From: Bdellovibrionota bacterium
Lineage (GTDB): Bacteria > Bdellovibrionota_C > UBA2361 > CALJRW01
Length of the DNA: 64,000 nt
Assembly (NCBI GenBank): GCA_041740355.1
Contig: JBGSMD010000002.1
Span: 18,070-82,069 of the forward strand
Reading direction: 5' to 3'
The notes beneath the pieces are model-generated. The model was given only the letters and a program-made list of their open reading frames with translations, had not been told where the DNA came from and ran no database searches. Every line of letters starts with the position of its first letter. The stretch's first letter is position 1. The position numbers and the translations under genes are program-made. Positions 9,914 through 18,779 of this stretch are shown one piece after another.

Positions 9914-10498
9914 CTAAAATCCTCCTACTAGTTCAGCGTCATATCTAAAAATTTCATTTCTACCAAAAACAATAAAATCCATAGTTGGTGTTGAAGAGAA
10001 CCATGAAAAAAGTGGTATGTTAGTGCGAATACAGATGGCAACTATTTCTCCACGATGAGCTGCATCTGTTGGGCCAAAAGAAGTTGCCAATGTTGGATCG
10101 CAACGCCAACCAGACGGAAGCGTTGAGTCATCTTCACCTAGTCGAGCTGGCCTAGTAACGGAAATCATACTGGGAGTGATTGTTAAATCAAAACTTTGGG
10201 CAATCTTTACAATTTCATTTTTGATACATGTGCCACGATTGAGTTCATTACCAGCGAGTTCATCATTAAGGGCATCACTAACAACACCATCATTTGGGAT
10301 ACAATTACCAACAGTTGAAAAGTTAGCTTTTGTTGCGGCTTCTAAACCTTTCTGTAAAGTATGCTGCACTGAGACCGTAACAAAACTAAATTTAAGAAGT
10401 TCTAAAACGGAGATAATAATCATCATGAAAAGAAGAATCGAAATTGCCATTTCCACATAGGTAGCCCCTAATTGTCGTTGTAAGGAATTATGATTCAT
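9914..10498 (-). CDS. TadE-family pseudopilin
   Basis: LGATYVEMAISILL prepilin motif. Confidence 0.85.
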   Translation of the reverse strand: MNHNSLQRQLGATYVEMAISILLFMMIIISVLELLKFSFVTVSVQHTLQKGLEAATKANFSTVGNCIPNDGVVSDALNDELAGNELNRGTCIKNEIVKIAQSFDLTITPSMISVTRPARLGEDDSTLPSGWRCDPTLATSFGPTDAAHRGEIVAICIRTNIPLFSWFSSTPTMDFIVFGRNEIFRYDAELVGGF

Positions 10499-10540
10499 TG
10501 AAATAATTATACTATAGGGAGAATACTTAGCCTAATACGA

Positions 10541-11038
10541 TTAAAGATTATTCTTTAGATGCAAAATAAACTCATTTGGTTTTAAATAACCCTCGATTCT
10601 ACTTGCTTTTAACTCGACACCCTCTGGATTAATAAATAAAATTGTAGGCAAGCCTAATACCTTGTAATTATTAGATAATCCTTCGTTTGTCAGATCGATT
10701 GTATTGAAGTCTAGTCTAACTTTAATTAGCTTACTTAATTCCTTTTGAACAGTAGGGTCTTTAAAGGTTACTTGTTCAAATTTGACACAGGGCTCGCACC
10801 AGTCGGCATAGAGATCCACTAATAAAGTCTTTTCTTCCTTTCTGGCCAAATTTTTGGCGGATTCAAGGTCTGTGAACCAGGTGTTTTTATCGACCGGACT
10901 AATTTTAGGAGAGGAACCTTCAAAATTTAAACTACCAAAGAAGTTGGGAAAGGCGATAAACAAAGTGTAACAGCAGATACCAAGCATTATTAATACTCTG
11001 ATTTTTGAAGAGAATGGATTTTTGTTCGTTTTAATCAC
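10541..11038 (-). CDS. Membrane-anchored thioredoxin-fold protein (DsbD-gamma-like)
   Basis: LYADWCEPC, GLPTILF, N-terminal TM helix; start codon uncertain. Confidence 0.82.
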   Translation of the reverse strand: MIKTNKNPFSSKIRVLIMLGICCYTLFIAFPNFFGSLNFEGSSPKISPVDKNTWFTDLESAKNLARKEEKTLLVDLYADWCEPCVKFEQVTFKDPTVQKELSKLIKVRLDFNTIDLTNEGLSNNYKVLGLPTILFINPEGVELKASRIEGYLKPNEFILHLKNNL

Positions 11039-11156
11039 GATTATAATTTCAGACTTACTATCAGAATACTACAGTTCAAAATGTGTGACCACTTTACTAA
11101 TTACTCCTTTCAAAATCTCAATACTAGTTTAATTATTCTTGGGAGAACTGCGAGGT

Positions 11157-11185
11157 TTTACATTTAAACCTTCATTTGATAACTT
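11157..11185 (+). promoter_or_regulatory. Sigma70-type promoter of coaD (probably leaderless)
   Basis: TTTACA-N17-TAACTT with extended TGn; ATG lies 6 nt after the -10. Confidence 0.5.
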
Positions 11186-11191
11186 TCCGCC

Positions 11192-11692
11192 ATGTCAAAC
11201 AATAAAAAATCGGCTGTATTTCCAGGTTCCTTTGATCCTTTCACAAATGGACATATAGATATTGTAGAACGTTCGCTCGAGATTTTTGAAACAGTTCATG
11301 TGGCAGTCTTAGAAAATCTTTCTAAAAATGCGCTATTTACTCCGGAAGAAAGAGTCGAGCTAATTGAAAAAATTTTCAAAAAACGAAAACAAAAAGTTGT
11401 TGTTGAGACTTTTAGTGGACTCCTTGTCGACTATGTAAAAAAAGTGAAGAGCAGGGTGATAATTCGCGGGCTCAGGGCAATTAGTGATTTCGATTATGAA
11501 GCACAAATGGCCTTAATGAATCGTCAATTGGATCACCGCGTTGAAACTTTGTTTATGATGACTCGAGAAGAGAATTCCTATATCAGTTCAACCTTAGTTA
11601 AGCAGGTTGCTCCTTATGGGGGTGATGTTTCGATGTTAGTTCATCCAATTATCGCTAAAGCACTTCAAGCAAAGTATTCAAAAAAGAAATAA
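11192..11692 (+). CDS. coaD: Phosphopantetheine adenylyltransferase
   Basis: FPGSFDPFTNGH, IRGLRAISDFDYE, ISST. Confidence 0.97.
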   Translation: MSNNKKSAVFPGSFDPFTNGHIDIVERSLEIFETVHVAVLENLSKNALFTPEERVELIEKIFKKRKQKVVVETFSGLLVDYVKKVKSRVIIRGLRAISDFDYEAQMALMNRQLDHRVETLFMMTREENSYISSTLVKQVAPYGGDVSMLVHPIIAKALQAKYSKKK

Positions 11693-11720
11693 ACTATTTC
11701 CTATTCAATTTAAAATAAAA

Positions 11721-12914
11721 ATGAAATTTACAAATAATTTAATTAACTCACAAAAACCAAGCGCGACATTAGCAATAAAAGCAAAAACATTAGAGCTGAA
11801 AGCGAAAGGCTTGGACATTATTGATTTTAGCACTGGAGAGCCTGATTTTGATACTCCAGATTTTATTAAAGATGCTGCTAAGCTAGCGTTAGACCAAGGA
11901 CATACTAAATATACCGCCGTTCCCGGAATCCCAAGTCTTCGAAAAAGACTTGCCGAAAAATTCAGCACTGAAAATAAAATTAAAGCTGATGCTGAAAGTG
12001 TTATAGTTACAAATGGTGGAAAACAAGCAATTCATAATTTTTTAGAAGTAGTACTTGAGCCAGGTGACGAAGTTATTATTCCGGCCCCTTACTGGGTCAG
12101 CTATCCAGCCGAAGTTGCTTTAGCCGGTGGAGTACCAGTAATTTGCACAAGTAACCCAGCAAATAATTATAAATTAACTCCTGCAGAACTTGAGAGTTAC
12201 ATTACTCCTAAAACTAAAGTTTTGATTCTTAATAGTCCTTCTAATCCAACGGGAGCAGGTTACACAAGCGAAGACTTCCAAGGTCTAGCTGAAGTCTTAA
12301 AGAAGCATGAAATTATTGTGATGTCAGACGAAGTTTATGAGAAAATTACATATCAGGATTTCAAGTTCGTTTCTTTTTCCGAAGCGGTTCCCGAACTTGC
12401 AGATCGAACAGTTACGATTAATGCCTTCTCCAAAGCATATTCAATGACAGGTTGGAGAGTCGGTTATGCTACAGGACCGCAGCAAATTATTTCGGCAATG
12501 TCTAAATTTCAAAGTCAGACTACTTCAAATGTTTGTTCATTTGCTCAACATGCGGCACTTGCCGCGTTAAATGGCCCTCAAGATTTTATTCCTAAAATGA
12601 ATCAAGTTTTTTGGAACCGTCTACAATCAGCGGTTAAAGTAATTGAAGAAACTCCTGGCTTAAGCCTAGCAGGAATACCAGAGGGTGCTTTCTATTTGTT
12701 CATAAGAATTGATCAGTTTTTTAATAAAAGCGCTACTATTAAAAACTCTACAGATTTTTGTAATTTCTTGTTAGAATCAGCCCTAGTTTCTGCGGTTCCT
12801 GGGATAGAATTTGGTGATGATGGGGCATTTAGAATTAGTATTGCAGTTTCTGACCAAGAACTAGCAAGTGGAATGGATCGAATCTCCAAAGCCTGCCATC
12901 AGGCTTTAAAATAA
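11721..12914 (+). CDS. aspC: Aspartate aminotransferase (class I/II PLP enzyme)
   Basis: GEPDF, NSPSNPTG, SDEVY, FSKAYSMTGWRVG. Confidence 0.88.
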   Translation: MKFTNNLINSQKPSATLAIKAKTLELKAKGLDIIDFSTGEPDFDTPDFIKDAAKLALDQGHTKYTAVPGIPSLRKRLAEKFSTENKIKADAESVIVTNGGKQAIHNFLEVVLEPGDEVIIPAPYWVSYPAEVALAGGVPVICTSNPANNYKLTPAELESYITPKTKVLILNSPSNPTGAGYTSEDFQGLAEVLKKHEIIVMSDEVYEKITYQDFKFVSFSEAVPELADRTVTINAFSKAYSMTGWRVGYATGPQQIISAMSKFQSQTTSNVCSFAQHAALAALNGPQDFIPKMNQVFWNRLQSAVKVIEETPGLSLAGIPEGAFYLFIRIDQFFNKSATIKNSTDFCNFLLESALVSAVPGIEFGDDGAFRISIAVSDQELASGMDRISKACHQALK

Positions 12915-13146
12915 TCAAAGTCAGAATTTAATTAATATTTAAGTTATCTCTGGTATTTTAACCTTAACTAGGGGATTTTTGCTTAAATTTCAATTACTTG
13001 CTATATTATCGCGCAGTTATATATAGAGCCAAAAATTATCTTCCTTATATTCAGGGGAATACTTGTAGGTCACTATTAACATCACCTTTAGCTATTTAAA
13101 TTTATAAGCTACTTGCGATTAACTATAAATTTTTACTTATAATATC

Positions 13147-13554
13147 ATGGAAAAAACACTCTCAATCATTAAACCAGATGCAGTTCAAAAAAACGTTATT
13201 GGCAAAATCTTAAGTCGCTTTGAAGATAAGGGCCTCAAAATTGTAGCAATTGAATTAATGCAACTAAGCGAAGCTCAAGCTCAAGAATTCTATGCTGTCC
13301 ATAAAGAAAGACCATTCTTTGGTGAATTATGCGATTACATGGTTACTGGACCTGTTGTTGTCTCAGTACTTGAAGGACCAAATGCAGTTTCGATCAATCG
13401 TGATCTGATGGGTGCTACAAATCCTAAAGATGCTGCTCCCGGAACAATTAGAGCTGATTTTGCTGATAGTATCAGTGCTAATGCTGTTCATGGTTCTGAT
13501 AGCCTTGAAAATGCCAAGAATGAAATTAGTTTCTTTTTTCCAGAATTAGCTTAG
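13147..13554 (+). CDS. ndk: Nucleoside diphosphate kinase
   Basis: [24 protein letters not shown]. Confidence 0.98.
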   Translation: MEKTLSIIKPDAVQKNVIGKILSRFEDKGLKIVAIELMQLSEAQAQEFYAVHKERPFFGELCDYMVTGPVVVSVLEGPNAVSINRDLMGATNPKDAAPGTIRADFADSISANAVHGSDSLENAKNEISFFFPELA

Positions 13555-13565
13555 TAATTAACATC

Positions 13566-13609
13566 AAACCCTCATTTATTATTTGAAAAAAATATTTGAG
13601 GGTTTTTTT
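13566..13609 (+). terminator. Intrinsic terminator-like hairpin after ndk
   Basis: aaaccctca...tgagggttt followed by a T run. Confidence 0.55.
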
Positions 13610-13622
13610 ATAGTGCCAACAA

Positions 13623-14738
13623 ATGACGGACTCTGTAAATTTCTTCGATCTTAGTCGCAAAGATCTCGCTGACTATTTGTCGGAGAAGTTTTCTTTGCCA
13701 GCATTTAGAGCCAATCAACTTTTTGATTGGGTCTATAAAAAAAATGTCTGGGATATCTCCCAGATGAGCAATCTTTCCGAAGTGCTTCGCGATCAACTTG
13801 CAGGTCATTTTACTTTTCCAGAAGCAGAAATTAAAGATCGTCAAATCAGCAATGACGGCACCAGAAAATATCTTTTTCAAGTGCCAAGTGGAAGAACAAT
13901 TGAAACAGTTCTGATTAAACAACCAAAACGTCAAACTATCTGTGTCTCTTCTCAATATGGTTGTGGAATGGGATGTAAATTTTGCCGAACAGGCACTATG
14001 GGTTTTATTGCGAACTTAAAACCATCAGATATAGTTGCACAAGTTTTAGGAATCCTAAAAGACGCCAAAGAGTTTGGGGATGGATTTCAAAATATTGTTT
14101 TTATGGGAATGGGAGAACCACTTCATAATTATAAAACAATCATTACAACTGTTAGAATCTTAACAGACCCTAAGGGTCTAGCAATTTCTCCCAGAAGGAT
14201 TACCGTATCAACTGTTGGTCTAGTACCGGCAATTGAAAAATTTGCCGAAGCTGACTTAGGAGTGAACTTAGCAATCTCTTTAAATGCGACAGACGATGCA
14301 ACCAGAACAGAGATTATGCCAACAAATAAAGCCTTTCCGATCGATACCTTACTTGGAACTCTTAAAAAATATCCACTAGCCGGCAGAAAAAAACTAACGA
14401 TTGAATATGTGATGTTGGCTGGAGTTAATGATCGAGATGAAGATTTGAAGCGTCTTCCAAGATTATTAAAAGATATTAAGTGTAAAGTAAATTTGATTCC
14501 CTACAACGAAAACGCCGGATTGGGATTTAAGTCACCTTCGGAGGAAAAGGTCTATCGCTGGTTTAAGGTTTTAAATGAACAATTTATTTTTACTAGTGTG
14601 AGATGGTCGAAAGGAAAAGACATTAATGCAGCATGCGGCCAGTTGGTCACAGAAAAATTTGCATTAAACGAAACAAGTATAAAAAACAATTTACAACAAG
14701 CTGAGAATAAAAACTCTAAGCTTGCTGTTATTCAATAA
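13623..14738 (+). CDS. rlmN: Dual-specificity RNA methyltransferase RlmN (radical SAM)
   Basis: CVSSQYGCGMGCKFC, MGMGEP, VNLIPYN, AACGQL. Confidence 0.95.
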   Translation: MTDSVNFFDLSRKDLADYLSEKFSLPAFRANQLFDWVYKKNVWDISQMSNLSEVLRDQLAGHFTFPEAEIKDRQISNDGTRKYLFQVPSGRTIETVLIKQPKRQTICVSSQYGCGMGCKFCRTGTMGFIANLKPSDIVAQVLGILKDAKEFGDGFQNIVFMGMGEPLHNYKTIITTVRILTDPKGLAISPRRITVSTVGLVPAIEKFAEADLGVNLAISLNATDDATRTEIMPTNKAFPIDTLLGTLKKYPLAGRKKLTIEYVMLAGVNDRDEDLKRLPRLLKDIKCKVNLIPYNENAGLGFKSPSEEKVYRWFKVLNEQFIFTSVRWSKGKDINAACGQLVTEKFALNETSIKNNLQQAENKNSKLAVIQ

Positions 14739-15032
14739 CTATTCTTTAGCTTCTTCAGCAGGTGCTGATTCAACTTTCTCAACAGTTATCATTGATTTTA
14801 AACCACAAGTTACACGCACCGCATGTAAACCTTTTGGACCTTGCTCCATTTCGTAACAAACATCATCACCATCTTTAAGAGTCTTAAAGCCTTCGCTTTC
14901 AATAACTGAATAATGAACAAAGACGTCAGAACCATCAGTGTGTTCTATAAAACCGAAACCTTTAGAATTATTAAACCACTTTACCTTACCTGCGTAAGTT
15001 TCTGATGATGAATCAGTTGAAGAACTAGACAT
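14739..15032 (-). CDS. Cold-shock domain protein
   Basis: [26 protein letters not shown]; acidic C-terminal extension. Confidence 0.93.
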   Translation of the reverse strand: MSSSSTDSSSETYAGKVKWFNNSKGFGFIEHTDGSDVFVHYSVIESEGFKTLKDGDDVCYEMEQGPKGLHAVRVTCGLKSMITVEKVESAPAEEAKE

Positions 15033-15174
15033 AACTTAATCAATTAAATAAACAACATCAGTAATTTATCCAAAATATATCCCTTTGTCTACAATAAATT
15101 AACATCAGACAGATGGAGTAACTTTGAACCCTCAAATATGGCTTAATCACAAATCATAGAATCTACCCCTAAAG

Positions 15175-15201
15175 ACATCGGTCAATACTAAAACCCACTT
15201 A
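15175..15201 (-). promoter_or_regulatory. Possible sigma28 (FliA)-type promoter upstream of the cold-shock gene
   Basis: TAAG-N15-ACCGATGT on the minus strand versus consensus TAAA-N15-GCCGATAA. Confidence 0.35.
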
Positions 15202-15248
15202 ATATTAATGAGCATACTGGAAAAAATGCCTTCTTTTTAGTCTTTAGC

Positions 15249-15397
15249 TATTATAGTGATGACAAAAAATAAATTACGTAAAAGTTAAAGAGAACAATTT
15301 TTTTTTGTCATAACTATATGATTTTATTATCCCTCCGGGGGATAGAAAGCTCCAAAAAGTAATTTCCTTACGTAAATTACTTTTTGGACTTTCTATA
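15249..15397. repeat. Family A element copy 2
   Basis: Near-identical to 3769-3918 except for the ~20-nt loop segment. Confidence 0.9.
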
Positions 15398-15654
15398 ATT
15401 TACATTTCATCAAAGTAGATTTTATTATAATTGCATTAGCCACTATTTAGCCTAAAAAATAGGGATTATTAAGTGATCTGACACTTGAGTGCTTAGCTGC
15501 AGATTCAATAAGCTTGTGCTTGCTGGCCTTGGTGACTATCTTATAAGAATTAATTTTTTTGCTACTTTTTTGGAAATTCGTCTTAATCTCTGAATTTATT
15601 TTGATCACTTACCATCTTGCCCGATTTAAAACCTAATTTTATGTTATATTTATA

Positions 15655-17124
15655 ATGTATACAGATCTTTCCCTAAAAATATTAGACCATTTGCCATATT
15701 CTTTACTGGTAATTGATCAAAAGTTTACTCCTCTTTACTGCAACTTAGCCTTTCTAGATTTAATTGAGCAGTCAGAGCAAGCCAATGCCTTTAAATTAAC
15801 CAGTATTTTTAATGATTTAAATAGTTTAATTGCCGACCAAGGCCCTCGCTTCTCAAGAATTAATACTGTTAATAACAAGTCGATTAATGTTTATATCTCA
15901 ATTTCATTGCTGGATGAAAATGTTTATCTTGTTGAATTGTCTAGGCTCTCTTCGAGTGCTCATGATTATCAAGGCAAAAGATTAGAAACTCTGGGTCTTT
16001 TAGCCAGTTCAATTGTCCATGATTTTAATAATTTTCTAGCTGGGATTATTGGTCACGTGGCTTTCTTAAAAAGTATTTTGCCCAAAGAGGGTCGTCACTT
16101 GGCTTCGATTGAATCAATTGAACAGGGAAGTATGAATGCTTCGGAAATCACTAAAGAGATCTTACGCTTCTCCAAGCAAAGAGATTCCGCGGAAAGTCAA
16201 AATATTGAACTGAATAATTTAATTCAGCGAACGATTAAGATTTTATTAGCATCAATTAATCCCAAAATTAAAGTTGAATTTGTATCTTCCGTTCAAGATG
16301 TGCGAGTGAAATGTGTTGATGTAAGAATTACTCAAATCTTAGTGAACCTGATTGTAAATGCCCAAGATGCAATTTTAGAGTCAAATTGCACTGTTCAAAA
16401 AATATTAGTGACTCTTGATGTCGTGGAAGATCCTGTTGTTAAGCTAAAACTAAGTAATAATACTCTTCACCAAGGTCGTTATGCTTGTCTGACAGTTAAA
16501 GACTATGGCTCTGGTATTCCCAATGAGTTACAAGAAAAAATCTTTCAGCCATATTTTTCCACTAAAGGTGAAAAGGGAACGGGTCTTGGATTGACAACGG
16601 TCGCATCTATTGTCTATGAACTTAAGGGCCTTATTGATATTTCTTCGGAAACTGGAAAGGGCACGGAAATTCGAATTCTACTTCCGATCTCTGATTCTAA
16701 TGTTGAAATAACTAAAGAATCCTTACAACAGGAATCTGCAGGTCAAATTATTCAGAAAAATGAACGCATTTTAGTCGTCGATGACGAGGATGTTGTTCGT
16801 AATGTATTAGGACTGAATCTGGAACAATTAGGTTATAATGTTCAATTAGAAGGCTCGGCTTTAAAAGCCATCGACTATTATAAAAATCAAAGAAATGATA
16901 TAAGTTTGGTTATCTTGGACATGTTAATGCCAGAGCTTTCGGGAGAGGAAGTTTTTGAAATTATTCGGGAAATCAATCCAAAACAAAAGATTTTAATAGT
17001 TAGTGGGTTTTGTTCTGACGATTTAATTGAAATGATGTTGGAATCTAAGAATTGTGATTTCTTAGCTAAGCCATTTATGATTGAAGAGCTTAGTTTAAAA
17101 ATAAATAGCTTAATGCTCTCATAA
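15655..17124 (+). CDS. Hybrid sensor histidine kinase (PAS-HisKA-HATPase-REC)
   Basis: VHDFNNFL H-box, NLIVNA, DYGSGI, GTGLGL, receiver VVDDE...ILDMLMP...KPF. Confidence 0.92.
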   Translation: MYTDLSLKILDHLPYSLLVIDQKFTPLYCNLAFLDLIEQSEQANAFKLTSIFNDLNSLIADQGPRFSRINTVNNKSINVYISISLLDENVYLVELSRLSSSAHDYQGKRLETLGLLASSIVHDFNNFLAGIIGHVAFLKSILPKEGRHLASIESIEQGSMNASEITKEILRFSKQRDSAESQNIELNNLIQRTIKILLASINPKIKVEFVSSVQDVRVKCVDVRITQILVNLIVNAQDAILESNCTVQKILVTLDVVEDPVVKLKLSNNTLHQGRYACLTVKDYGSGIPNELQEKIFQPYFSTKGEKGTGLGLTTVASIVYELKGLIDISSETGKGTEIRILLPISDSNVEITKESLQQESAGQIIQKNERILVVDDEDVVRNVLGLNLEQLGYNVQLEGSALKAIDYYKNQRNDISLVILDMLMPELSGEEVFEIIREINPKQKILIVSGFCSDDLIEMMLESKNCDFLAKPFMIEELSLKINSLMLS

Positions 17125-17171
17125 AATTAAGAACAATATTTTTTCCTCAAGTTTGTAATAATAATTCAACA

Positions 17172-17921
17172 ATGAATAATACAGTCCTTACAGTTGATAA
17201 CTTATCCAAGTTTTTTGGGATTAATCATGTTTTAAAAAATATTTCATTTGACATTGAGGAAGGTCAAGTGATTGGTTTGCTAGGGCCTAGTGGTGGCGGT
17301 AAAAGTGTATTATTAAAAATCTTAGCGCAGGTTCTTGCTCCCGATCATGGTCAAGTCATTTTAAAAGATATGACGGTTGATGACGTGGGACTAATGTTTC
17401 AAGAAGGAGCTCTTTTTGATTCACTGACAGTTTTTGACAATGTCGCCTTTCCTTTAGTTGACGGTCGAGTTCCCTCGACGTCCTTAAGTCTAAAAGTTCA
17501 AGAAGAAATTGCTCCAAAAGTAATGAGTATCCTTAAGCGTGTTGGGCTAGGCGTTGCTTTTAATAAGTATCCAGCTCAACTCTCGGGTGGTATGAAGCGG
17601 CGGGCATCTTTAGCTAGAACTTTAATTGCTAATCCAAAACTACTTTTACTAGACGATCCAACTTCCGGATTAGATCCTATTGCTAGCAGGGTGATTATGG
17701 AATTAATTACAGAAATTCAACGCGAGACCAAAGCAACTACAGTGATTGTTAGTCAGGACTTACGTCGCCTGATACCATATGTTGATAAAGTACTCGCTTT
17801 ATTTGACGGTGAAATTGCTTACTATGGAAAGGTAACGCCAGATTTATTATCAGAAACACCGAATGTCGCCAATTTCATAAATTGTCGTTATGACTTATTA
17901 GAACAAGTTGCAGGTGTCTAA
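17172..17921 (+). CDS. MlaF/Mkl-like ABC ATP-binding protein with degenerate catalytic motifs
   Basis: GPSGGGKS, FQEGALFDSLTV, LSGGMKRR; Walker B reads LLDDP and H-loop reads VSQD. Confidence 0.85.
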   Translation: MNNTVLTVDNLSKFFGINHVLKNISFDIEEGQVIGLLGPSGGGKSVLLKILAQVLAPDHGQVILKDMTVDDVGLMFQEGALFDSLTVFDNVAFPLVDGRVPSTSLSLKVQEEIAPKVMSILKRVGLGVAFNKYPAQLSGGMKRRASLARTLIANPKLLLLDDPTSGLDPIASRVIMELITEIQRETKATTVIVSQDLRRLIPYVDKVLALFDGEIAYYGKVTPDLLSETPNVANFINCRYDLLEQVAGV

Positions 17922-17970
17922 GTAAAAAAAGCAAATTTTTGCCGAGCGCCTACTAGAAAGGAAAATATAA

Positions 17971-18759
17971 ATGAATTTTTTTGAAAAAATAAAAGCGGAG
18001 AGAGAAGAATTTCTTTCTGGAATTGGATTACCAGAACAATCGGTTTTTAAGCCCGATAAATTTCAGCTAGATGCCATTGAAAGCGCGGTTTCCGGCACAG
18101 ATACTTTAGTTGTAGCTCCAACAGGTTCTGGAAAAACTTATATAGCACTACAAGCTATTGCAGCAACCTTAGCTCTTGGTTGCAGAGCTGTTTATACCAC
18201 ACCCCTTAAAGCATTATCCAATAGCAAATATAATGATTTGAAAACTCGTTTTGAACCACAATATAAAGTGGGAATCTTAACTGGGGATCGCAAAATTGAT
18301 ACTGATGCCAGTGCCGTAATTGCTACGACTGAAATTTACCGCAATGAATTATACAACGGTGATAGTAATTACTCTTTAGTTGTGCTGGATGAAGTTCATT
18401 ATATCGCTGACGCACAAAGGGGCGCAGTTTGGGAGGAAGCTATTCTACTTACTCCAAGGGATAGTACCTTACTGATGCTTTCCGCATCAATTTCAAATCA
18501 TCAAGAGATCGCTGCTTGGCTAAAAAGCGTTCGTGGTCGAGAGTGCCGTGTTGTTATTGCCACAGAACGTCCGGTTGCTCTAAGACTTGGTTTTCTTCAT
18601 CCCGAGTATGGAATTATTCCACTTCGTGATAAACAACAAAATGTTCATAAAATTGTGGCCGATTATTATGGAACTTCCAAATTAGATTCTAAAGGCATGC
18701 GCCTTAAGCCAAAGCAAGGTTTTCGTGGTCCCCGTCGTCAGTCATCGTCTCGTCGTTAA
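17971..18759 (+). CDS. Ski2/HelY-like DExH RNA helicase, N-terminal RecA1 half
   Basis: APTGSGKT, PLKALSN, TTEIYRN, DEVH, LSAS, RPVAL. Confidence 0.88.
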   Translation: MNFFEKIKAEREEFLSGIGLPEQSVFKPDKFQLDAIESAVSGTDTLVVAPTGSGKTYIALQAIAATLALGCRAVYTTPLKALSNSKYNDLKTRFEPQYKVGILTGDRKIDTDASAVIATTEIYRNELYNGDSNYSLVVLDEVHYIADAQRGAVWEEAILLTPRDSTLLMLSASISNHQEIAAWLKSVRGRECRVVIATERPVALRLGFLHPEYGIIPLRDKQQNVHKIVADYYGTSKLDSKGMRLKPKQGFRGPRRQSSSRR

Positions 18760-18779
18760 TTTAGGTTCAACAAATAAAT

